A stretch of 64,000 nucleotides of DNA. Source: Candidatus Amphrikana amoebophyrae. GTDB lineage: Bacteria; Chlamydiota; Chlamydiia; Chlamydiales; JACRBE01. Positions 28,127 through 37,343 of this stretch are shown here, piece by piece. Location: the NCBI GenBank assembly GCA_030408475.1, contig JAUHQG010000010.1, positions 81,752 through 145,751 on the forward strand. The letters are read 5' to 3'. The translations under genes and the position numbers were made by a program. The notes under the pieces were generated by a model. That model worked only from the letters and a program-made list of their open reading frames with translations. It ran no database searches and was not told the origin of the DNA. Numbering within the stretch: the first letter of the stretch is position 1; each line of letters opens with the position of its first letter.

Positions 28127-30502
28127 ATGAATTATTATTTCAATCCTAAGCTTAAGAAACTACTCTCTAAAACTTTTTGTGGACTTGAGCTTGAATCACT
28201 TAGAGTGACTGAAAAATCTAGTGTATCACAAACTCCTCATCCTAAGGAATTTGGATCTCCCCTATACCACCCATATTTCACCAATGACTTCTCCAAAGCG
28301 CAACTAGAGCACACAACATCAAAATACTCTTCTAATAAAGCCGCACTAAATGCTCTTAAAAACTCCGTTGCTTTTGCCCATCAAAATTTAGATAATGAAC
28401 TCTTTTGGCCTCTAGCAATGCCTGCTAAACTCAACCCTTTTTCGAAAGAAATAATCGCTAACTTCGGCTTTACTGATGAAGCGGAGATGAAACAACTATA
28501 TAGAGAGGGCCTAGTCAGCCGATATGGCCCTGATATACAGATGATCTCAGGAATTCACTACAATTTCTCCTTGAGTAAAGAGTTTTTTGTTGCTGACTAT
28601 GAAATGAGCCATTCTCAACTACCTCTTAAGGACTTCATTTCGAACCGCTACTTACATCTAATGCGTAACTTCATAGATAAAACGTACCTTCTTGTCTATT
28701 TATTTGGAGCCTCTCCTACCTGCCACAAAAGCTATCAGGCAATAAAAGGGGAATTCAAAGATGCCACTTCAATAAGAATGAGCCAATATGGCTATCATAG
28801 CAAACATCAGTGCCAGCTCGGAATTTCATACAACAACTTTGAAGACTTTTGTAAATCGTATGAAAAAGAACTCTCAACTCATTGCTCAGATTTTGAGCAT
28901 ATTGAAACCCAGATTAACAGCAATATTCTACAAAATGAAAGTGAGCTTTATGTCCCCATAAGAGCCAAAGGGAATATCCATTGTAAGAATGCAACCCTTG
29001 AGTCTATTAAACATTGCGGCATACACTATGTTGAAGTGAGAACAATTGATTTAAACCCTTTTGAGCCCACAAGTGTCAGTTTAGAAGATCTTGATTTTTT
29101 ACGTCTTTTCCTTATTTACTGCCTTGTCACTCCGAGCAAAAAGCTATCCAAACAAGAAATCTTATCCGCCCGATATAATCAGCATCATATTGCCCTTCAT
29201 GGCCGAAAACCAGGTGTTAAACTACACAGCAAAAAAAGTTTTAAAAATGAAGCTCTCAGAATATTGCAAGAAGTAATGGTAGTGGCAATAGAATTTAAAC
29301 TTGAACATTTAGTTGAAGTGCAGATTGAAAAGATTAAAGATGTAGAAAAGACACTTTCTTCTAAAATTGCAAAAAAACAATTTTTGAAATTTGGTGAAGA
29401 GAGAGCTCATTTCAATATGCAGTACTTTAAAAATTACCCCCTCTCTATTCCATATTTAAATAAATTAAAAAGACTTGCCACAACAAGTTTAGAAAAACAA
29501 ACTATTGAAGATGCTAAATCTCGCTTTAATCTAAAAGGTTATGAAACTTTAGAGAAATCAACTCAATGCTTAATTCGAGAAGCCCTAAAGCGAAAGATAA
29601 ATGTAGAAGTCATAGATGAGAAAGAAAACTTTCTAATTTTAGAGAAAAATGGTCGCAAAGAATATATAAAACAAGCGACCAAAACTTCATATGATTCCTA
29701 CATCTCTCCATTGATGATGGAAAATAAACAACTCTCAAAAAAGTTGCTTAAAGAACACCAAATTAACACACCTGATGGCCTCTATTTTTCTAGTGAAAAA
29801 GAAGCTCTTAATAGTTACCCTAGTTTTGAAAAACACAAAATAGTGATTAAGCCTAATACCACTAATTTTGGGATTGGCATCCACTTTATAGAGCCCTACT
29901 CCATTGACAATTACCAAAAATGTATTAAAGATGCTTTTCGCCATTCTAATGGAATTCTTGTTGAAACCTTTTTTTCAGGAGAAGAATACCGCTTCTTAGT
30001 CATTAACAAAGCTGTAATCGGAATTGTTAAGCGAATTCCTGCCAATGTAATAGGCAATGGCAAAGATAACATAGAAACCTTAGTTCGCAAAAAAAACAAA
30101 GATCCTAGAAATTATAAAGATAAAAAAACAGCTATACGCTTGCTTGAAAAAGAGAAATCTCATCTAGCTCAACAAAAACTAACAAAAAATAGCATTCCTA
30201 AGCTTGGTGAACAAATCTTCTTGCGTAGCAATTCAAATGTATCAACCGGTGGAGATTCTATCGACATGACAGAAGAAGTTAATCTGCTTTTTCACCCAAT
30301 CGCAATTAAAGCTGCCAGTTCTGCTGGGGCCAATATTTGTGGCGTTGACATAATGATAAAAGAGGTTTCAAAGCCACCTGAACCAGATAATTACACTGTT
30401 ATTGAAATCAATTACAATCCCATGCTCGCACTTCATGAGTTTCCCGTGATCGGAAAACCAAGAAATAGTGTGAAACCTCTTCTCGATTTTCTCGGTTTTT
30501 GA
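28127..30502 (+). CDS. gshF: bifunctional glutamate-cysteine ligase / glutathione synthetase (GshF, GshAB fusion)
   Basis: 791 aa. N-terminal GshA-type domain (GLELESLRV...HPKEFGSPLYHPYFTNDFSKAQLEHTT), then a C-terminal ATP-grasp domain (from about aa 470: KIVIKPNTTNFGIGIHF...EEYRFLVIN...VIEINYNP). Confidence 0.8.
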   Translation: MNYYFNPKLKKLLSKTFCGLELESLRVTEKSSVSQTPHPKEFGSPLYHPYFTNDFSKAQLEHTTSKYSSNKAALNALKNSVAFAHQNLDNELFWPLAMPAKLNPFSKEIIANFGFTDEAEMKQLYREGLVSRYGPDIQMISGIHYNFSLSKEFFVADYEMSHSQLPLKDFISNRYLHLMRNFIDKTYLLVYLFGASPTCHKSYQAIKGEFKDATSIRMSQYGYHSKHQCQLGISYNNFEDFCKSYEKELSTHCSDFEHIETQINSNILQNESELYVPIRAKGNIHCKNATLESIKHCGIHYVEVRTIDLNPFEPTSVSLEDLDFLRLFLIYCLVTPSKKLSKQEILSARYNQHHIALHGRKPGVKLHSKKSFKNEALRILQEVMVVAIEFKLEHLVEVQIEKIKDVEKTLSSKIAKKQFLKFGEERAHFNMQYFKNYPLSIPYLNKLKRLATTSLEKQTIEDAKSRFNLKGYETLEKSTQCLIREALKRKINVEVIDEKENFLILEKNGRKEYIKQATKTSYDSYISPLMMENKQLSKKLLKEHQINTPDGLYFSSEKEALNSYPSFEKHKIVIKPNTTNFGIGIHFIEPYSIDNYQKCIKDAFRHSNGILVETFFSGEEYRFLVINKAVIGIVKRIPANVIGNGKDNIETLVRKKNKDPRNYKDKKTAIRLLEKEKSHLAQQKLTKNSIPKLGEQIFLRSNSNVSTGGDSIDMTEEVNLLFHPIAIKAASSAGANICGVDIMIKEVSKPPEPDNYTVIEINYNPMLALHEFPVIGKPRNSVKPLLDFLGF

Positions 30503-30529
30503 TAAAGGGGAGAAAACCCCACATGAAAC

Positions 30530-31831
30530 ATGCACCATAAATTTGCTAAATTTTTTGAAATCAATCAATATAACACTACTTGGCGCGCAGAAATAATCGC
30601 AGGGATAACTACTTTTTTTGCTGTCGCTTATGTTATCATTGTTAACCCTTTATTACTGCAATCAGCAGGTCTTGATTATAGCGCCGCTCTAGTGGCCACT
30701 ATTGTTATATCCTTTTGCACTTCAATTGCCATGGGCCTTTTTGCCGGTATTCCAATGGCAATAGCCCCAGGCTTTGGCCTTTGCGTTTTTTTCACCTATA
30801 CACTTGTTCTTAAACAAGGATTATCTTGGAATTCAGCCCTAACAGCTAGTTTTTTTAGCGGTATTTTATTAATTATTCTTAATGTATTAAAGCTAAGACA
30901 AAAGATTATTCTTTCTATACCCACAACTCTTTTAAAAGCTATTACAGGAGCTCTTGGACTTTATTTAATCGTCATAGCTTTAAGGTTATTAGGTCTTGTT
31001 TCTATTCATGAACAAAGCCATATCACTTTTAACCCGATGATGAATAAAGAAATAGGCCTTACAATTGTTGGGTTTATTTTAATCAAGACATTACTCAAAA
31101 AAGGAATTACTAGCGCATTTATTATCGTCATAGTTCTCAATTATATATTAGCTCTCTGTATGGGAGTTACCGAATATAAAGGAATAGTCGCTCTACCCCC
31201 CTCTCTTAGCCCTAATTTACTTAAACTCGATTTTCAAAACATCTTTAACTTCACCTTTCTTAAAGGCTTCTACTCCATTTTTCTTGTTACCCTGTTTGAA
31301 TCAAGTGCCGGTCTTATAACTTTAGGACGTATATTGTATCCTTCTGGATATATACCGCGGATTCAAAAAGCACTTGTACCGGACTCTGTAGGTACAGTTA
31401 TTGGCTCACTTCTTGGAACTGCACCTATGTCCATTCGTGTCGAATCGGCAGCTGGAATTAGCATAGGAGGTAAAACAGGTATTGTTTCTTTTGTAGTGGG
31501 AATCCTTTTTATTGGATGTCTCTTTTTCTACCCACTCACCTCTTCTATTCCTCAATCTGCTTCAGCTCCAATTTTGCTAGTCTTGGGCATTACAATGATT
31601 AGACAACTTAAAGACTTGAACTGGAAAAAAGGAACTGACGTTATCGCTGTTTTGGCTACATTAATTATTATGCCACTATACTTCAGTATTTACTACGGAT
31701 TTGCGTTTGGGTTTATTTCCTACGTACTTGTTAAGAGTTTCACTCGTGAGCGGAAACAAATTCCTATTGTATGCTGGGTGATGGCTGCTTTATCTGTTGT
31801 GCAGCTTTTCTTTGAATGGCTAAATCGATAA
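30530..31831 (+). CDS. NCS2 family purine permease (AzgA/PbuG-like adenine-guanine-hypoxanthine transporter)
   Basis: N-terminus FFEINQYNTTWRAEIIAGITTFFAVAYVIIVNP is the AzgA-subfamily signature. 433 aa, polytopic. Confidence 0.8.
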   Translation: MHHKFAKFFEINQYNTTWRAEIIAGITTFFAVAYVIIVNPLLLQSAGLDYSAALVATIVISFCTSIAMGLFAGIPMAIAPGFGLCVFFTYTLVLKQGLSWNSALTASFFSGILLIILNVLKLRQKIILSIPTTLLKAITGALGLYLIVIALRLLGLVSIHEQSHITFNPMMNKEIGLTIVGFILIKTLLKKGITSAFIIVIVLNYILALCMGVTEYKGIVALPPSLSPNLLKLDFQNIFNFTFLKGFYSIFLVTLFESSAGLITLGRILYPSGYIPRIQKALVPDSVGTVIGSLLGTAPMSIRVESAAGISIGGKTGIVSFVVGILFIGCLFFYPLTSSIPQSASAPILLVLGITMIRQLKDLNWKKGTDVIAVLATLIIMPLYFSIYYGFAFGFISYVLVKSFTRERKQIPIVCWVMAALSVVQLFFEWLNR

Positions 31832-32759
31832 GAATATCGAGCAAATCACTAAATGGCACACCGCTTGCTTCCCACATTTGTGGATATAAACTAATTGCAG
31901 TAAAACCTGGATGCGTATTCACTTCATTAACATAGATTTTTCTTTCATTTGTGACAAACATATCAACTCGAGCCATCCCTTCACATCCTAATACTCGGTA
32001 TACCTTAAGCGCAAGTTCTTGAATTTGAAGTATCAATTCTTTTGGATATTTCGCTGGTATTTCAAATGTAGTCGCCTCTTGCTTCCCATACTTTGCTTCA
32101 TATGAATAAAACTTATCTATATTCCGAAACCTTCCTGGCAAACTTACTCTAGGATCTTCATTACCAAAAACTGCGCATTCTACTTCATCACCATCTATAG
32201 CGGACTCGATTAATACTTTTTTATCGTGAGCTAGAGCTAGACTTATAGCCCCATTTAATTCGCTTTCATTTTCAACTCTTGATATTCCAATAGAAGATCC
32301 GTTATTGGCAGGCTTTACAAAAGCAGGATAAGAAACTAAACACTTTTCAACCTCTTCTTTAAACAACAAATAGGGCGCCACTAAAATATTCGCATGCTCC
32401 AAAAGTCTTTTCGTTACCTCTTTATCCATACAAATTGCAGTAGATAACACATCACATCCTACAAAAGGTCTATCTATAAACCGAAGCAACCCTTGCAAAG
32501 TTCCATCTTCGCCATTTGGGCCATGTATAATGGGAAAAAGCAAATCAAATAGCCTTAAAAAAGGGACCAACTCGCTGGTTATACACCTTTTTGTATCTTT
32601 AGTAACATGGAACCATTGCAAATCTTTTGAAATCCAAATTTTTTCAATACAATATTTAGCGCCATCTAAATTGTTGAATATAGCTTCAGCTGATCGACAC
32701 GAAACCTCATGCTCTCCACTTTTGCCGCCAAAAATAAGTCCCAATTTTATCTTTTCCAT
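31764..32759 (-). CDS. ddl: D-alanine--D-alanine ligase (stand-alone)
   Basis: KLGLIFGGKSGEHEVSCRSA N-terminus, ATP-grasp core, YVNEVNTHPGFT C-terminal motif. 331 aa. Confidence 0.85.
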   Translation of the reverse strand: MEKIKLGLIFGGKSGEHEVSCRSAEAIFNNLDGAKYCIEKIWISKDLQWFHVTKDTKRCITSELVPFLRLFDLLFPIIHGPNGEDGTLQGLLRFIDRPFVGCDVLSTAICMDKEVTKRLLEHANILVAPYLLFKEEVEKCLVSYPAFVKPANNGSSIGISRVENESELNGAISLALAHDKKVLIESAIDGDEVECAVFGNEDPRVSLPGRFRNIDKFYSYEAKYGKQEATTFEIPAKYPKELILQIQELALKVYRVLGCEGMARVDMFVTNERKIYVNEVNTHPGFTAISLYPQMWEASGVPFSDLLDILIDLAIQRKAAQQIKQPSPSIQ

Positions 32760-32827
32760 TCAAATCCGAATTTTGTTTAACAGCCATTTCAAAAATTAGG
32801 CTAAATTATTTATTTTTCCTTTAAGCT

Positions 32828-32863
32828 CAAGTTGTGTGTAATCAGCTTGTTACACACAACTTG
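32828..32863. promoter_or_regulatory. 14-bp perfect inverted repeat in the ddl / tsaC divergent intergenic region
   Basis: caagttgtgtgtaa (32828-32841), 8 nt, ttacacacaacttg (32850-32863). Read directly. Confidence 0.5.
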
Positions 32864-32967
32864 GGTTTAAAATACTTTACAAAGAAAATAACTCATTGGC
32901 AATAATTTTTTTCATAAAAAAAGAAGGTTGTGTTACCATATAGCCTTTAAACAACTTGATTTATCCA

Positions 32968-33579
32968 ATGGAAGTAGAAATACTTGAGGCAGCCCGCCAA
33001 ATTAGTGAAGGAAAATGTGTTGCAGTCCCAACTGAAACAGTTTATGGACTTGCCGCTTCTATAGCTTTAGACGAAGCTATATCTTTGCTATATAAACTTA
33101 AAAAAAGAACCCACTCAAAACCGACTACAATCGCTATCGATAAAATGGATCAACTCGACCATTTAACTACGAACTTACCCCCATTTACTTTGGAATTGGC
33201 AAAAGCTTTTTGGCCAGGCCCTTTGACGCTAGTTTTACCAGCAAATCTCAATACAGTTCCTGAGCGCATTAGGGGTAAATGTGACACCGTTGGGATTCGT
33301 ATCCCCAATCACCCCGATTTACTGAGTTTGCTCTCAATTACAGGCCCACTTGCTTTACCCTCTGCTAACCCAAGCGGGGAAAAACCCCCTATCAGTATGC
33401 AAGAGGTTGAAGAATATTATTCAACTCAGTTCCCTGTTTTATATGGTGGCAACAGTGAGCTCAAAGTGGCATCAACTCTAATACAATATATCGATGGTAA
33501 ATGGACTCTTCTAAGAAAAGGAGCTCTTACCACAAAAAAAATATCCAATATAATAGGCTACGAACCTGTAGCAAAATAA
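32968..33579 (+). CDS. tsaC: L-threonylcarbamoyladenylate synthase (TsaC/YrdC/Sua5 family)
   Basis: VAVPTETVYGLAAS, PGPLTLVL, VGIRIPNHP and PSANPSG motifs of the YrdC domain. ATG at 32968 preferred over the TTG at 32956. Confidence 0.8.
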   Translation: MEVEILEAARQISEGKCVAVPTETVYGLAASIALDEAISLLYKLKKRTHSKPTTIAIDKMDQLDHLTTNLPPFTLELAKAFWPGPLTLVLPANLNTVPERIRGKCDTVGIRIPNHPDLLSLLSITGPLALPSANPSGEKPPISMQEVEEYYSTQFPVLYGGNSELKVASTLIQYIDGKWTLLRKGALTTKKISNIIGYEPVAK

Positions 33580-33590
33580 TAAAGGTAAAA

Positions 33591-34016
33591 ATGGAAGAAA
33601 TACAACCCCAAGTGAGAGTTCATTATGAAGTTAAAGAAGCTTCAACTGGAGAGTTAATTGACAAAAGCGAAAAGCCATTTGAATTCACACCTGGTAATAA
33701 AGAAGTTATACCAGGATTTGAAGCTGCTGTACTTACAATGAAAGATGGAGAAACTCGCGAAGTGGAGATCTCCGCTGAAGAAGCATATGGCAATAGAAGT
33801 GATGAATTAATTCGAGAAATATCTAAAGAGCAAATACCAAGTGATCTCCAAATCGAAGAAGGCATGCGCCTTCAAATCGGAGAAGATGAAGAACCGGTAA
33901 TTGTAACTGTTATCAATATTTCAGATGACAATATCGTTGTTGACGGCAACCACCCTTTGGCTGGGATAGACCTTCACTTCACGATTAGCCGACTTGGAGA
34001 CTCAAGTACCCAATGA
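33591..34016 (+). CDS. slyD: FKBP-type peptidyl-prolyl cis-trans isomerase, SlyD-like
   Basis: VRVHYEVKEASTGELID...FEFTPGNKEVIPGFEAAVLTMKDGETREVEISAEEAYG plus IF-domain-like insert and DGNHPLAG. ATG at 33591. The track start at 33501 lies inside tsaC. Confidence 0.75.
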   Translation: MEEIQPQVRVHYEVKEASTGELIDKSEKPFEFTPGNKEVIPGFEAAVLTMKDGETREVEISAEEAYGNRSDELIREISKEQIPSDLQIEEGMRLQIGEDEEPVIVTVINISDDNIVVDGNHPLAGIDLHFTISRLGDSSTQ

Positions 34017-35041
34017 TAGTATTAGGAATCGAAACAACATGTGATGAAACCGCTGCCTCTATAGTCATTGATGGAAAACATATTCTATCTAATACTATTT
34101 GCTCGCAAGCTGATTATCATAGTCAATTCCGAGGTGTATTTCCTGAATACGCCTCTAGAAATCATGTTGATTTATTGTTGCCCACGATTGAAAAATCACT
34201 TACAGAAGCTAATATTTCTTCAAATGACATTGATTTAATTGCCGTTGCCAACAGACCAGGGTTAATGGGCCCCCTCTTAATGGGCCTAAATTGCGCTAAA
34301 GCATTAGCCTTCTGTTGGGATATTCCATTTGTTTGTGTCAATCATCTAGAGGCTCATTTATACGCCGCCATGATGGAGCAAAAAACCATCTCCTTTCCTG
34401 CCCTAGGAGTGGTTGTCTCAGGCGGTCACACATTTATGGTAGAAATCAATTCTTTTAGAAACTATCGCCTTATTGGAGCTTCCATTGACGACGCCATTGG
34501 AGAAGCTTTTGACAAAGTAGCCGCTATGCTTAACTTACCCTATCCAGGTGGGCCAGAAATTGAAAAATTGGCTACTACAGGAGATCCCAAAAGATACCCC
34601 TTTAAAGCGGGCTTAGTGAAAAACAATCGATTCAATTTTTCTTTTAGCGGCCTTAAGACTCAAGTTCTATATGCTATAAAAGGGGCAAATTCAAATAAAC
34701 ATTCACCTTCTATTATTCATGAAGAAGACAAAAAGGATGTAGCGGCAAGCTTTCAACAAGTAGCATTAACTGATATTGTTAAAAAAGCGCTTAGTGCTGC
34801 TGTTGTTATTAACGCCACTGATATTTTTGTTGGAGGGGGGGTAACCAACAGCTCTAAATTAAAAGAAATTTTCACCATTCTCACTCCAAATAACACCAAA
34901 ATTCATTACCCTCCAAAAAATTTAAGTATCGACAATGGAGCGATGATTGCAGGACTTGGTTATCATGTTGGCACATCTGACTTAGCCTCAATGAGTTTCA
35001 AAGAAAATGCTGTACCGAGCGGCGCCGTTTTATTCGACTAA
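34013..35041 (+). CDS. tsaD: tRNA N6-adenosine threonylcarbamoyltransferase
   Basis: MIVLGIETTCDETAASIV N-terminus, HLEAHLYA, VSGGHT. 342 aa. Confidence 0.9.
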   Translation: MIVLGIETTCDETAASIVIDGKHILSNTICSQADYHSQFRGVFPEYASRNHVDLLLPTIEKSLTEANISSNDIDLIAVANRPGLMGPLLMGLNCAKALAFCWDIPFVCVNHLEAHLYAAMMEQKTISFPALGVVVSGGHTFMVEINSFRNYRLIGASIDDAIGEAFDKVAAMLNLPYPGGPEIEKLATTGDPKRYPFKAGLVKNNRFNFSFSGLKTQVLYAIKGANSNKHSPSIIHEEDKKDVAASFQQVALTDIVKKALSAAVVINATDIFVGGGVTNSSKLKEIFTILTPNNTKIHYPPKNLSIDNGAMIAGLGYHVGTSDLASMSFKENAVPSGAVLFD

Positions 35042-35116
35042 TAAAATTTTCATATCAAGTGATTGATTTTTATCACTTTTTTTGAGATGATGTCTACATC
35101 TAAACTCGGAGATACC

Positions 35117-35278
35117 ATGGCTAAGAAAGGCGCACGTGAAAACATTAAACTGAAAAGTACAGAAAGCTCAGAAGTTTATTGGACCAACAAAAATAAAAAG
35201 AACTCTACTGAAAGACTTGAATTAAAAAAGTTCGATAAAAAACTAAGAAAACATGTAGTTTTCAAAGAAGCTAAATAG
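35117..35278 (+). CDS. rpmG: 50S ribosomal protein L33
   Basis: [53 protein letters not shown]: 53 aa, basic, with the L33 pattern. The track start at 35063 is an upstream extension. Confidence 0.85.
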   Translation: MAKKGARENIKLKSTESSEVYWTNKNKKNSTERLELKKFDKKLRKHVVFKEAK

Positions 35279-35291
35279 CTTTAAGGCATGA

Positions 35292-37343
35292 GTGATGATA
35301 GAGTTCAGTTTTGCACGGAAATACTTAATTCCCACTAAGAAAAAGCTCTCTGTCTCACTCATAGCCATACTCTCATGCGCTGTCATTTCGCTCGTTATTT
35401 GGCTCCTTCTTTTGTTTTTATCTGTCACAGAAGGAATGGAGAAAAATTGGCTTAAAAAAATGACTACCCTTAACGCCCCTGTGCGCATTGTTCCTACCTC
35501 AAAATATTTCAATACTTATTACTATCTCAGCGACACCATAAGCGCCTCATCAGGATACAGTTCAAAAACAATTTACGAAAAACTTCTAACAGATGAAACT
35601 GACCCCTATGACAGTGAATTCGACGAAGAAATCCCTAGGTTTTGGCAAAAACCATTATATGACTTTGAAGGCAATCAACTCGACTTAATTAAAACTGCTT
35701 TTTCTTCTATCGAAAAAGTGACGCCAATAGATACAAAGTCTACTGATTACCAAGTAACAGCTGGAATGCTTCGCCTTGAGTTATTAAGACCTACTCTATA
35801 CTCAACTGAAGAAAGTTACATCTCACAAGCTTCTTATATCTCTTCTTTTAACGAAGCAAGCTCTGACATAAAATCGCTACTTGTTGCCCCTACAGTTGAT
35901 GACCTAAATCATTTGCTCTATTTGTCTCAACTCAATAATCCAAAGCTTAATTCACCTGTTTCTCCAAAAAGCTTCCACCGACTACTGCAAAATTGTACCA
36001 TTAGTGAGCTTAAAACGACTCACGGTCGATTTGTTTTACCGCATGAACTTTTCCACTCTTGCTCAAACATACAAGTTTGGGTTAGTAAAAATCGTGACTC
36101 ACATAACATATTAGTTCCTATTAGCGCCTCTCCTGTTGCTAATAACTACACCGAAGCTACACTCTTTTCAAAAGAAAATAAGCTCTATTTAAAATACGAA
36201 GATGACACAGTCACCCCACTTGATATAAATAGCCGCCTTATTCCAAGCGACTCTTTTACCATGCAAGCGAGTTTAATCCCCTCTTCTTTAAAAACAGCAA
36301 CCTCCCTTTCAATGCTCAAATTTGGCGCGCAGTTTATATTGCAAAACCAAACCTTTAAAACCACTCTCCCTTTTCAACATGTAACCGTATCTCAAGCTAC
36401 ACTACAAACAGAATTCGACGCACCCCCTAAACTGCAACCTTTATGGCCTTACACAGTAGATGGTACTCTTATTTTACCTACTCATTTTTCAGGAAAGGAA
36501 GGAGTTTTAGTTCCTAAGAGCTTTATCAAGTCTGGCGTTAAAATTGGAGATAGCGGCTCTATCAATTATGCCGCTTTTACTGGCTCAAGCTCTCAAGAGA
36601 TGCGAGCCCCCATTTCAGTTGCCGGATTTTATGACCCAGGCCCTATGGCGCTAGGTGCGCGCTATATTTTAGCCCCAAGATCAGTAGTAGATCCTATATC
36701 AGCTGCTAACTCTAGCCAATCATTAGACCCTATGATGGCTAATGGAATTAATGTTTGGCTCTCTGATATTAAAAACACCCCTGAAGTAGCTCAGCAAATC
36801 GCCTTAGAATTTAAAAATGCGGGAATCGATCAATATTTTTCAATCATCCCATACTACGATTTTGAATTCGCGAAAGATCTCATCCAGCAACTTAAAAGCG
36901 ATCGCTATATTTTTACCCTCGTTGGGATCATTATCCTAGGTGTCGCTTGCTGTAATATCGTCTCCCTACTCCTTCTTCTTGTAAATGATAAGAAAAAAGA
37001 GATTGGTATTTTGAAAGCTATGGGAGCCTCCACTAAAAGCATCGTCTCAATCTTTGCTCTTTGTGGCCTGTTTATGGGAATTATTAGCTTTGCTATAGGA
37101 TCCATTGCCGCTATCTTAACCTTGAAAAATATTGACACCTTAGTCCATTTTTTAAGCTATATCCAAGGTCAATCCGCTTTTAATACCGAAATATATGGCC
37201 AAAATCTTCCAAGTGAAGTGAGTATGAGAGCATTATATGTAATGGCTATTGCAACCCCCATTGTCTCACTTCTTGCAGGACTTATTCCAGCCCTTCGAGC
37301 TGCCAAAATTTCCCCAACACAAATATTGAGGAATGAGTCATGA
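35292..37343 (+). CDS. FtsX-family ABC permease (LolC/E- or MacB-like) with enlarged periplasmic domain
   Basis: N-terminus FSFARKYLIP...TM1. About 475 aa of soluble sequence follows. C-terminal FtsX module (KKKEIGILKAMGAS... three TMs). Confidence 0.65.
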   Translation: MMIEFSFARKYLIPTKKKLSVSLIAILSCAVISLVIWLLLLFLSVTEGMEKNWLKKMTTLNAPVRIVPTSKYFNTYYYLSDTISASSGYSSKTIYEKLLTDETDPYDSEFDEEIPRFWQKPLYDFEGNQLDLIKTAFSSIEKVTPIDTKSTDYQVTAGMLRLELLRPTLYSTEESYISQASYISSFNEASSDIKSLLVAPTVDDLNHLLYLSQLNNPKLNSPVSPKSFHRLLQNCTISELKTTHGRFVLPHELFHSCSNIQVWVSKNRDSHNILVPISASPVANNYTEATLFSKENKLYLKYEDDTVTPLDINSRLIPSDSFTMQASLIPSSLKTATSLSMLKFGAQFILQNQTFKTTLPFQHVTVSQATLQTEFDAPPKLQPLWPYTVDGTLILPTHFSGKEGVLVPKSFIKSGVKIGDSGSINYAAFTGSSSQEMRAPISVAGFYDPGPMALGARYILAPRSVVDPISAANSSQSLDPMMANGINVWLSDIKNTPEVAQQIALEFKNAGIDQYFSIIPYYDFEFAKDLIQQLKSDRYIFTLVGIIILGVACCNIVSLLLLLVNDKKKEIGILKAMGASTKSIVSIFALCGLFMGIISFAIGSIAAILTLKNIDTLVHFLSYIQGQSAFNTEIYGQNLPSEVSMRALYVMAIATPIVSLLAGLIPALRAAKISPTQILRNES

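Noticed and set aside
32853-32875. acacaacNNNggtttaaaa is shared between the tsaC upstream region (32853-32875) and the rnr upstream region (46613-46634), a 16/19 match.
   Set aside because: A back-of-envelope estimate for AT-rich intergenic DNA gives several such matches by chance among all intergenic pairs in the window. Not significant without genome-wide support.
33501-33590. ORF-track N-terminal extensions of slyD-like (33501), rpmG (35063), MazG-like (21347) and holC (50178).
   Set aside because: Each extension lies within or reads through the preceding gene or spacer. Internal ATGs (33591, 35117, 21380, 50232) give proteins of the expected family length and N-terminus.
34845-34851. 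A G7 homopolymer in tsaD, unusual in an AT-rich genome and a possible phase-variation tract.
   Set aside because: It encodes the conserved Gly-rich GGGV segment of an essential housekeeping enzyme in the correct frame. No evidence of variability.
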